A stretch of DNA of 64,000 nucleotides from Chitinophagaceae bacterium (lineage in GTDB: Bacteria; Bacteroidota; Bacteroidia; Chitinophagales; Chitinophagaceae), in assembly GCA_016703625.1 (NCBI GenBank), contig JADJBP010000001.1, forward strand, positions 837,129 through 901,128, in the 5' to 3' direction. Shown here piece by piece: positions 49,215 to 57,763 of the stretch. The notes beneath the pieces were generated by a model. That model had not been told where the DNA came from, did no database searches, and saw only the letters and a program-made list of their open reading frames with translations. The translations under genes and the position numbers were made by a program. Position 1 is the stretch's first letter. The number at the start of each line of letters is the position of its first letter.

Positions 49215-49520
49215 AGATCGTTTTTTACAAAATACGTAACAATTTTTCCGGCAGATTGTTTGAGACTGCTTTTTTGAAAACCTCTTAACTAAACCCTCTA
49301 AACCCTCTAAACCTCCCCGCAGGGTTCTGCGAATAAACCTCCTTATCCCTCACTTCAAACTCCTCCCCCTCAACTTATAACTATTTCCTACCTTTGTCGC
49401 CCCCTGAAGAAGCGGGACGTACTGTCATTTTGGCTTTAATTTTTTTTAAGCACCAAATTTGACTACCGTATAACCATTATCAATATTAATTAAACAGCAT
49501 ACCCAACAATACTGAATTTT

Positions 49521-52500
49521 ATGATCGGCACCATTTCTAAACTTTTCGGCGGCAATAAAAGCGAAAAAGACGTAAAAAAAATCAGACCGGTGGTTGAACA
49601 GATCAACCGCTTTTTCAACGAATACAGATCACTGACCAATGATGAACTCCGTAACAAAACGGCTGAGTTTAAGCAACGCATTGCAACACATCTCAACAGC
49701 ATAAGTACCGAAATAGCCAATAAGCAAAAGGCTGCCGAAGACCTGCCGATTGACGACATAAACGGAAAAGATATTTTTTATAAAGAGATCGATGAACTGA
49801 AAAAAGAAAAAGACAAGCAACTGGAAGTTGTGCTGCAGGAACTGTTACCCGAAGCCTTTGCCGCGGTTAAGGAAACCAGCCGCCGCTTTATGGAAAATAC
49901 AACTTTGGAAAGTACGGCAACTGAATTAGACAGGACACTGGCTGCCAAAAAAGACAATATCATTATTGAGGGAGATAAAGCCATTTATAAAAATACCTGG
50001 ACAGCAGGCGGCGGAACCGTTACCTGGAATATGGTACATTATGATGTACAGCTGATCGGCGGTATGGTTCTGCATTCCGGCAAGATCGCCGAAATGGCAA
50101 CCGGTGAAGGTAAAACGCTGGTGAGTACTTTGCCTGCATATTTAAATGCATTATCCGGCGAAGGCGTACATATTGTTACCGTGAATGATTACCTGGCACG
50201 AAGGGATGGTGAGTGGAACGGGCCGATATTTGAATTTTTAGGGTTGCGCGTGGATTGTATCGACAAACACGAACCCAACAGTGATGCCCGCCGCCATGCC
50301 TACAATGCCGATATCATTTATGGTACCAACAATGAATTTGGTTTTGATTACCTGCGTGATAATATGGTACATACGCCCCATGAAATGGTGCAGCGCAAAC
50401 ATCATTTTGCCATGGTGGATGAGGTGGATAGTGTGTTGATCGATGATGCCCGTACACCGCTGATCATCAGTGGTCCGGTAGGGCACAGTGATAATACACA
50501 ACAGTTCTTCGATCTTAAACCCAGGATCGAAAAGCTGGTGGAAGCGCAGAAAAAAGTAGTTAACCAGTTTTTAATAGAAGCCAAAAAGAAAATTGCAGAA
50601 GGGAATGACGATCCCAAAGACGGCGGACTTGCTTTGATGCGTGCACACCGCGGTCTGCCCAAGAACAGTGCACTGATCAAATTCCTGAGTGAGCCCGGTA
50701 ACCGGGTTAAGTTGCAGAAGAGCGAAAATTATTACCTGGCCGATCAGCAAAAAGAAATGCCCAAGGTTGATGCGGAACTGTTTTTTAATATTGATGAAAA
50801 GAACAACCAGGTAGATCTTACTGACCAGGGCATCCAGTTAATTACCAAAAGCGGGGAGGACCCGGAATTCTTTATCATCCCCGATATTGCCACCAAACTG
50901 GCTGATATTGAAAAAAGCTCAGCAGGTGCCGAAGAAAAATTACAACTGAAAGAATCGCTGTTGAACGATTATGCGTTGAAAGCAGACCGTATTCATACTG
51001 TTCAGCAATTATTGAAGGCCTATACTTTATTTGATAAAGATGTGGAATATGTGGTGATGGATGAAGCGGTAAAAATAGTTGATGAACAAACCGGCCGTAT
51101 CCTCGACGGACGCCGGTATTCCGATGGTTTGCACCAGGCCATTGAAGCCAAGGAGAATGTAAAGATCGAAGCATCTACACAAACCTATGCCACGGTAACG
51201 CTGCAGAATTATTTCCGGATGTACCATAAGCTGGCCGGTATGACCGGTACTGCAGAAACAGAAGCCGGTGAGTTCTGGAGCATTTATAAACTGGATGTGG
51301 TAACCATTCCCACCAATGTAAAATGTATCCGTAAAGATGAACAGGATTATGTGTACAAGACCAAGCGTGAAAAATACAAAGCGGTTATTGACGAGATAGA
51401 GCGTTTACGCGGTATCGGCAGGCCCTGCCTGGTGGGTACCACTTCGGTTGAAGTGAGTGAATTGCTGGCAAGGATGCTGAAACAAAAGAATATTCCGCAC
51501 AATGTATTGAATGCCAAACAGCACAGCAAGGAAGCGCAGGTGGTTGCTGAAGCGGGTTTGACCGGGGCCGTTACCATTGCCACCAACATGGCGGGTAGGG
51601 GTACCGATATTAAACTGGGGGCCGGTGTTAAGGAAGCCGGTGGTTTGGCCATTATTGGTACCGAGCGTCATGAAAGCCGCCGGGTAGACAGGCAGTTGCG
51701 TGGACGTGCGGGCAGGCAGGGTGATCCCGGTAGTTCCAGCTTTTTTGTTTCGCTGGAAGATGACCTGATGCGTATGTTCGGCAGCGAACGTATTGCCGGG
51801 CTGATGGACAGGATGGGTTATAAGGAAGGTGAAGTGATCCAGCACAGCATGATCACCAAATCAATAGAAAGGGCACAGAAGAAAGTGGAGGAAAATAACT
51901 TTGGTATACGCAAGCGTTTGCTGGAGTATGATGATGTGATGAACAAACAGCGTAACGTGGTGTATAAAAAACGCAACCATGCCCTGTTTGGAGAAAGGCT
52001 GGCGCTGGACCTGGATAATTCTTTTTATTCTGTTGCCAATGGTTTGATTCTTTCTTTCAAGGAACTGAATAACCATGATGAATTTAAACTGGCTGCCATC
52101 GTGAATTTCGGGATTGATACGTCCATCACACCCGAAGAACTGGATAAAGACGATGCGAATGTATTGTCTGAGCGGTTATATCATGAAGCAGTTACGCAGT
52201 ACCGTCATAAAACCGATAAGATGGTGCAGCAAACATTGCCCATCATTAAAAACATCCGTAAAGAACAGGGGGACCATATTGAAAATGTATCGGTACCGTT
52301 TACCGACGGTAAAAAACTGATCCACGCACTGGCCAACCTGGATAAATATTTAGCCACAGAAGGAAGGGAACTGAATGATGCGCTGGAACGCAACATCACC
52401 CTGGCTTTGATAGACGATGCCTGGAAAGAACACCTGCGTGCCATGGATGACCTGCGCCAGAGTGTGCAGACGGCAGGTTACGAACAGAAAGATCCGCTGG

Positions 52501-52850
52501 TGATCTATAAGATAGAAGCCTTCGGTGCTTTTAAGCAAATGGATGACCAGGTGAATAAGGATATTGTAAGTTTCCTTTGCCATGCGCAGATACCGATGGA
52601 GCAAACCAATGCCGGGCAGATCCGTGAAGGAAGGGAGCGCAAAACAGATATGAGCAGGATGCGCCAGCGTAAGGAAGAATTTGCCGGAGCCGGTGGACCC
52701 GAACACCTGAGTGCAGAAAATGATTATATAGATCCGTCATCGCAAATAAAACAGGAACCCATACGCGTAGAAAAAGCGCCGGGTAGAAATGATCTTTGTC
52801 CCTGCGGCAGCGGCAAAAAGTATAAGCATTGCCATGGCAAGGATGTGTAA
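49521..52850 (+). CDS. secA: Preprotein translocase ATPase SecA
   Basis: MATGEGKTLV (Walker A), FAMVDEVDSVLIDDARTPLIISG, TNMAGRGTDIKLG, RQLRGRAGRQGDPG and the C-terminal zinc site CPCGSGKKYKHCHG. Confidence 0.97.
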   Translation: MIGTISKLFGGNKSEKDVKKIRPVVEQINRFFNEYRSLTNDELRNKTAEFKQRIATHLNSISTEIANKQKAAEDLPIDDINGKDIFYKEIDELKKEKDKQLEVVLQELLPEAFAAVKETSRRFMENTTLESTATELDRTLAAKKDNIIIEGDKAIYKNTWTAGGGTVTWNMVHYDVQLIGGMVLHSGKIAEMATGEGKTLVSTLPAYLNALSGEGVHIVTVNDYLARRDGEWNGPIFEFLGLRVDCIDKHEPNSDARRHAYNADIIYGTNNEFGFDYLRDNMVHTPHEMVQRKHHFAMVDEVDSVLIDDARTPLIISGPVGHSDNTQQFFDLKPRIEKLVEAQKKVVNQFLIEAKKKIAEGNDDPKDGGLALMRAHRGLPKNSALIKFLSEPGNRVKLQKSENYYLADQQKEMPKVDAELFFNIDEKNNQVDLTDQGIQLITKSGEDPEFFIIPDIATKLADIEKSSAGAEEKLQLKESLLNDYALKADRIHTVQQLLKAYTLFDKDVEYVVMDEAVKIVDEQTGRILDGRRYSDGLHQAIEAKENVKIEASTQTYATVTLQNYFRMYHKLAGMTGTAETEAGEFWSIYKLDVVTIPTNVKCIRKDEQDYVYKTKREKYKAVIDEIERLRGIGRPCLVGTTSVEVSELLARMLKQKNIPHNVLNAKQHSKEAQVVAEAGLTGAVTIATNMAGRGTDIKLGAGVKEAGGLAIIGTERHESRRVDRQLRGRAGRQGDPGSSSFFVSLEDDLMRMFGSERIAGLMDRMGYKEGEVIQHSMITKSIERAQKKVEENNFGIRKRLLEYDDVMNKQRNVVYKKRNHALFGERLALDLDNSFYSVANGLILSFKELNNHDEFKLAAIVNFGIDTSITPEELDKDDANVLSERLYHEAVTQYRHKTDKMVQQTLPIIKNIRKEQGDHIENVSVPFTDGKKLIHALANLDKYLATEGRELNDALERNITLALIDDAWKEHLRAMDDLRQSVQTAGYEQKDPLVIYKIEAFGAFKQMDDQVNKDIVSFLCHAQIPMEQTNAGQIREGRERKTDMSRMRQRKEEFAGAGGPEHLSAENDYIDPSSQIKQEPIRVEKAPGRNDLCPCGSGKKYKHCHGKDV

Positions 52851-52872
52851 AAGTTAAAGGATAAAAAAATAT

Positions 52873-52905
52873 AACCGTCTGCTTTTTAGCATGGCGGTTT
52901 TTTTT
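52873..52905 (+). terminator. Candidate intrinsic terminator after secA
   Basis: aaccgtc ... ggcggtt forms a 7-bp stem including one G-T pair, followed by T8. Confidence 0.55.
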
Positions 52906-52929
52906 ATACTATTTGTTTTTGTAATTAAA

Positions 52930-53050
52930 GTCATTGGTCATTGAGTTATTAAGTCATTGGTCATTAAGTCATTGGTCATTAAGTTATTAAGTCAATGGTT
53001 AAATTCTTTTCAAAAAGGATTTATTATAATGACTAATGACTTAATGACTT
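52930..53050. repeat. GTCATTR(A) 7-8-mer array with inverted AATGACT array
   Basis: gtcattg gtcattga gttattaa gtcattg gtcattaa gtcattg gtcattaa gttattaa gtcaatg gttaa ... ataatgac taatgac ttaatgac t. It abuts the nhaA stop. Confidence 0.85.
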
Positions 53051-54225
53051 TATATTTTCATCGCAGACGGTTTAAGCGTGAGCTTCAACCATAAAAAACC
53101 GATGGTACCGGCCACCACCGAGGCGATCAGAATGGCAATTTTTGATTCGTTTACAATGTCAGCATCTTTAAATGCAAGCAGGGTAATGAATATCGACATC
53201 GTAAACCCGATACCGCCTAAGAAACCTGCACCGATGATATTTTTCCATTTCAGGTCGCCGGGTAAAGTACATAGCCCCAAACCCACACCAATAAACGAAA
53301 AAAGAAAAATACCCAGCGGTTTGCCGATCACGAGGCCAAGCATAATGCCCAGGCTGTTTGTATGGCCCAGGTTATTTTGCCAGCCATCGCCAATGGCAAT
53401 ACACGTATTGGCAATGGCAAACAGGGGAAGGATAACAAACGCCACCGGTTTGTGTAAAATATGCTGAAGAATATATGAGGGTGATCTTTCGCCACCATTG
53501 CCAAAAGGAATGGCAAATGCCAGCAATACACCGGTTATGGTGGCATGCACGCCTGAGTTAAGCATAAAATACCACATGGCAATGCCGCCAATGATGTAAG
53601 GAATTAAGTTATGTACTTTAAGCCGGTTCAATACCAGCAGCAAACCAAAGATACCAAGCGCAATAAATAAGTTTGTATAAGCGATGGTTGCAGTATAAAA
53701 AACCGCGATGATGATGATGGCACCCAGGTCATCAATAATGGCCAGTGCAGTTAAAAATACTTTTAATGAAGCAGGAACCCGGCTGCCTAAAAGTGATAAG
53801 ATGCCGATGGCAAATGCAATATCTGTAGCCATGGGAATACCGGTACCTGCCTGAGTTGTAGTTCCGTAGTTCAATAAAAAAAACAGGCCGGCCGGAACAA
53901 TGATGCCACCGGTTGCTGCCAGTATGGGCAGGGTTGCACTTTTTAGATCTGTGAGTTCGCCCTGGTATATTTCCCTTTCCAGTTCGAGGCCGATCAGCAG
54001 GAAAAAAATGGTCATTAACCCGTCATTGATCCAATGAACCAGGCTATGGCCGCCCAGGTCAATATGCCAGAATTGAATATAACCATCCTGCCAGGCAGAG
54101 TTTGCCAGTAATAAAGAAATAAGGGTAACAAAAACCAGGATCAGCCCCCCGGCTTTTTCACTATCAAAGAATTCGGTGAAGAGTTTGGTTAATTTCAATC
54201 GTTGAGTATTTTCAGTAAAAATCAA
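53050..54225 (-). CDS. nhaA: Na+/H+ antiporter NhaA
   Basis: About 11-12 TM segments, with ..INDGLMTIFFLLIGLELEREI.. and ..ALAIIDDLGAIIIIAVFY.. (the conserved DD pair). TTG start overlaps the upstream stop. Confidence 0.9.
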   Translation of the reverse strand: MIFTENTQRLKLTKLFTEFFDSEKAGGLILVFVTLISLLLANSAWQDGYIQFWHIDLGGHSLVHWINDGLMTIFFLLIGLELEREIYQGELTDLKSATLPILAATGGIIVPAGLFFLLNYGTTTQAGTGIPMATDIAFAIGILSLLGSRVPASLKVFLTALAIIDDLGAIIIIAVFYTATIAYTNLFIALGIFGLLLVLNRLKVHNLIPYIIGGIAMWYFMLNSGVHATITGVLLAFAIPFGNGGERSPSYILQHILHKPVAFVILPLFAIANTCIAIGDGWQNNLGHTNSLGIMLGLVIGKPLGIFLFSFIGVGLGLCTLPGDLKWKNIIGAGFLGGIGFTMSIFITLLAFKDADIVNESKIAILIASVVAGTIGFLWLKLTLKPSAMKI

Positions 54226-55127
54226 TACCCCGCCTTAGCCCCGCCAATATTCTCGATCGGGTGCCAGGTGGTTTTTATTTCCTGGAAGTCCATGATAAAG
54301 TAAGGAGATTGGCCTGTTTCATCTGCCCATTTCACTTTATCATACAGCACAACCCTTTTTACATTGAGCGCTGATTTTTCTTTGATCATTTTTTGTGTGG
54401 CTGCATCGGCTTCACAAAAAACAGTTGCATTCACATCCATATGATCGGCAAAGAAAGTAACCAATTCTGCCACTTTACCGGTAAGAATATTTACCACGCC
54501 GCCCGGAAGATCAGAACTGTTAAGCACTTCGGCAAATGTTACGGCACAAAGTGGTTTGGTAGCAGAAGCTAAAACGATACCCGTATTTCCGCCGGCAATG
54601 ATGGGCGCAATAACAGAAACCAATCCTAATAAAGAATCGTTTTGCGGAGCAATAGCAGCTACTACACCAGTTGGCTCTGGAACAGAAAAATTAAAATGTG
54701 ATGAAGCAACGGGGTTTACGGAACTGTATAACTGCTGAAATTTATCACACCATCCGCTGTAATAGATCAGGCGGTCAATACAAAGGTTCACTTCTTTTTC
54801 TGCCTGTACTTTATTTGAATCCTGCCTTGTAAGTTCATCAATGAACTGTGCTTTTCTGCCTTCCAGCATTTCGGCAATGCGGTATAAAATCTGTCCGCGG
54901 TTAAATGCTGCTCTTCCGCTCCAGCCGCCAAAAGCATTCCTGGCTGCAACAACGGCGTCCCTGAAATCTTTTCTTGAACCCAGGCATACATTGGCAAGAT
55001 ATTCTCCTTTGCTGTTGGTTGCCATGTAATACCTGCCGGATTCGGTACGGGGAAATTGACCGCCGATGTATATTTTGTAGGTTTTTAAAACTTCAAGTCG
55101 TTTTTTTTCAACTAATGCTTTTGCCAT
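54222..55127 (-). CDS. Aldehyde-dehydrogenase-like protein lacking the catalytic domain (301 aa)
   Basis: It aligns by eye with the ALDH N-terminal / NAD-binding half (YIGGQF..., VVAAIAPQN, GNTGIVLAS, PGGVVNILTG). After the position of ELGGK (here LYDKVKW) only 33 aa remain, with no catalytic Cys. No room remains downstream because nhaA overlaps. Confidence 0.7.
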   Translation of the reverse strand: MAKALVEKKRLEVLKTYKIYIGGQFPRTESGRYYMATNSKGEYLANVCLGSRKDFRDAVVAARNAFGGWSGRAAFNRGQILYRIAEMLEGRKAQFIDELTRQDSNKVQAEKEVNLCIDRLIYYSGWCDKFQQLYSSVNPVASSHFNFSVPEPTGVVAAIAPQNDSLLGLVSVIAPIIAGGNTGIVLASATKPLCAVTFAEVLNSSDLPGGVVNILTGKVAELVTFFADHMDVNATVFCEADAATQKMIKEKSALNVKRVVLYDKVKWADETGQSPYFIMDFQEIKTTWHPIENIGGAKAGY

Positions 55128-55201
55128 GTTGTATTTTTTTTGCCGGTAAGTCGGGAAGGCGTTTTATTTTCCTTTTCGCCTTTCCGTCTTCCCGGCGATT
55201 T

Positions 55202-56686
55202 TTATTTTATCAAATTGATATACGCAGATAACCCATGCAAACCGCCTTCTCTTCCATATCCACTTTCTTTATAACCACCAAACGGTGAAGTAGGGTCAAA
55301 CTTATTAAATGTATTGGCCCAGATAACGCCGGCTCTTAATTTTGTTGTAAGATTGAAAATCTTGGAACCCTTGTCTGTCCAAACACCTGCAGAAAGTCCG
55401 TATGGCGAATTGTTTGCTTTTTCTATCACTTCATCATCGGTCCTGAAACTCTGTATAGCCAGTACGGGCCCGAAAATTTCTTCCTGTGCAATGCGGTTGC
55501 TTTGGGCAACGTTTGTAAATATGGTTGGCCTGCAATAGAATCCTTTCTTTGGAATGGCGCATGAACTCTGGTACATTTCTGCACCTTCCTGCTGGCCAAT
55601 TTTAATGTATTTATTAATGATATCCAGTTGTGCTTTTGAATTGATGGCGCCAATGTCAGTATTCTTATCCATCGGGTCACCAACAATTAAAGTTTCCAAC
55701 CTGTCTTTTAATTTACGAACCACTGCTGCAAAAACCGATTCCTGTACATACAACCTGGAGCCGGCACAACACACATGGCCCTGGTTAAAGAAGATACCGT
55801 TGATAACCCCTTCCACAGCCTGGTCGAGCGGCGCATCATCAAAAATGATATTGGCGGCTTTACCACCCAGTTCAAGTGTTGCTTTTTTATTGGTGCCTGC
55901 AATGGCACGCTGAATAATTTTTCCTACTTCAGTAGAGCCGGTGAAAGCAATCTTATTGATATCAGCATGATTAACAATGGCAGCACCTGTTGCCCCTGCA
56001 CCGGTAATAATATTTACAACACCCGGTGGAAGGTCTGCTTCCTGTATGATCTCAGCAAGTTTTAATGCCGTGAGTGAAGTATTTTCGGCAGGTTTTAAAA
56101 CAACCGTATTGCCACAGGCCAGTGCCGGCGCTATTTTCCAGGCAGCCATCAGCAAAGGGAAATTCCAGGGGATGATCTGGCCGGCTACACCCAATGGTTC
56201 TGTTTTGCGGTTTGGAAATGCATATTCCAGTTTATCGGCCCAGCCTGCATAATAAAAGAAATGATTGGCGGCTGTGGGTACATCAAAATCCCTGCTCTCG
56301 CGGATAGGTTTGCCGCCATCGAGTGTTTCAATGATGGCAAATTCTCTTGCACGTTCCTGGATCATGCGGGCAATGCGGTAAATATATTTGGCCCTTTCTG
56401 CAGGCGGCATTTTTTTCCAGGTCTTATCATATGCCGTCCTGGCAGATTTCACCGCTTTGTTTACATCTGCTGTGTTGGCTTCGGCGATCATGGAAAGTTT
56501 TTCTTCGGTTGCCGGGTTGATAGTAGCAAAATATTTTTTACTGACCGGTTTCTCAAACTTACCATTGATGAACAGGTCGTACTGCGGATCAATTTTGGCA
56601 GCACGCTTACTTTCAGGTGCAGGAGCAAGGTTTCTTGCACTGTCGAATTTTAATTTAAGGGTATTTTTTTTTGCAACTTTTGCCAT
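55202..56686 (-). CDS. NAD(P)-dependent aldehyde dehydrogenase
   Basis: LFINGKF..., IIPWNFPLLMAAWKIAPALACGNTVVLKPAE, FTGSTEVGK, LELGGKAANIIF and NQGHVCCAGSRLYVQE. ATG 56686 is preferred over 56719. Confidence 0.85.
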   Translation of the reverse strand: MAKVAKKNTLKLKFDSARNLAPAPESKRAAKIDPQYDLFINGKFEKPVSKKYFATINPATEEKLSMIAEANTADVNKAVKSARTAYDKTWKKMPPAERAKYIYRIARMIQERAREFAIIETLDGGKPIRESRDFDVPTAANHFFYYAGWADKLEYAFPNRKTEPLGVAGQIIPWNFPLLMAAWKIAPALACGNTVVLKPAENTSLTALKLAEIIQEADLPPGVVNIITGAGATGAAIVNHADINKIAFTGSTEVGKIIQRAIAGTNKKATLELGGKAANIIFDDAPLDQAVEGVINGIFFNQGHVCCAGSRLYVQESVFAAVVRKLKDRLETLIVGDPMDKNTDIGAINSKAQLDIINKYIKIGQQEGAEMYQSSCAIPKKGFYCRPTIFTNVAQSNRIAQEEIFGPVLAIQSFRTDDEVIEKANNSPYGLSAGVWTDKGSKIFNLTTKLRAGVIWANTFNKFDPTSPFGGYKESGYGREGGLHGLSAYINLIK

Positions 56687-56782
56687 TGTAATTTTTTTAT
56701 CTGTATTTTTTTGTTTCACGCAGAGGGCGCAGGGGAGCAGGGGAAGCAGGAAAAAAAGCGTTCTTTGCTACTCAGTGTGAAA

Positions 56783-57694
56783 CTAATCTATTGTAAAATA
56801 ATTTGCCGATTGATAAACGCCTGTCTTCTGTTTCATCAACTGCATCAGTATATCATTGGCCAGGCTGCTTGCGCCAAACCTGAACCACTCATTATTCATC
56901 CAGCCTTCGCCCAGTGTTTCATTCAGCATCACCAAATAATGCAAAGCCAGTTTCGATTTTGAAATGCCGCCGGCGGGTTTCATGGCGATCTTTTTCCCGG
57001 TCTTATAATAAAAATCACGGATGGCTTCCAGCATGACCAGTGTTACGGGCATGGTTGCAGCGGGTGAAATTTTCCCGGTGGAAGTTTTAATGAAATCGGC
57101 ACCGGCATACATGGCAATATCACTTGCCTTGCGTACTTTATCATAAGTAACCAGTTCCCCGGTTTCCAATATCACTTTTAAACGGGCTTCACCGCAGGCT
57201 TCTTTAATGGCTGCAATTTCATCAAATACAAAATTGTATTCGCCTTCCAGGAATTTTCCCCTGGAAATAACCATGTCCACTTCATCAGCGCCGTTCTGCA
57301 CGGCAAATTTGGTATCTCTTATTTTGATATCACGGGGTGCCTGCCCGCTGGGGAATGCAGTGGCAACGGATGCCACTTTTATTCCTGAATTGCCCAAAGC
57401 AGTTTTTGCTGTCTTTACCATCGACGGATAAACGCAAATAGCTGCCACAGTCGGTAAACCAGGGTAAGCATCATGGAGGTGCTGTGCCTTGTAACAAAGC
57501 TGTTTCACTTTGCCTTCTGTATCTTTTCCTTCCAGCGTGGTAAGATCGATCATGTTCAGGGCAAGCATCAAACCATTTATCTTGGTCTCATTTTTAATAC
57601 TGCGCTTGGTGAACCGGGAAGCTCTTTCTTCAATACCCACCTGGTCAACATGAACAGGAGTTGCAAAGTCGGGAATCGTTTTTGTTAAGATCAT
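56783..57694 (-). CDS. deoC: Deoxyribose-phosphate aldolase (long form)
   Basis: MIDLTTLEG.DT, VAAICVYPSMV, EVDMVISRG and ADFIKTSTGK (Schiff-base lysine). Confidence 0.9.
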   Translation of the reverse strand: MILTKTIPDFATPVHVDQVGIEERASRFTKRSIKNETKINGLMLALNMIDLTTLEGKDTEGKVKQLCYKAQHLHDAYPGLPTVAAICVYPSMVKTAKTALGNSGIKVASVATAFPSGQAPRDIKIRDTKFAVQNGADEVDMVISRGKFLEGEYNFVFDEIAAIKEACGEARLKVILETGELVTYDKVRKASDIAMYAGADFIKTSTGKISPAATMPVTLVMLEAIRDFYYKTGKKIAMKPAGGISKSKLALHYLVMLNETLGEGWMNNEWFRFGASSLANDILMQLMKQKTGVYQSANYFTID

Positions 57695-57715
57695 TATATT
57701 TTTATTTTGTCCTGG

Positions 57716-57762
57716 TACCTACCCGGTGAGCCACCGCAAGACGGTGGCTCACCGGGTAGGTA
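57716..57762. other. Perfect 21-bp GC-rich hairpin between the phosphorylase gene and deoC
   Basis: tacctacccggtgagccaccg caaga cggtggctcaccgggtaggta. It starts 1 nt after the phosphorylase stop and has no U-tract on the minus strand. Confidence 0.8.
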
Positions 57763-57763
57763 A

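Noticed and set aside
11107-53050. Short-unit tandem arrays as possible CRISPR arrays
   Set aside because: The units are 7-8 nt and directly abutting, with no spacers. No cas genes were seen, and arrays are only 25-120 nt long. They are not CRISPR.
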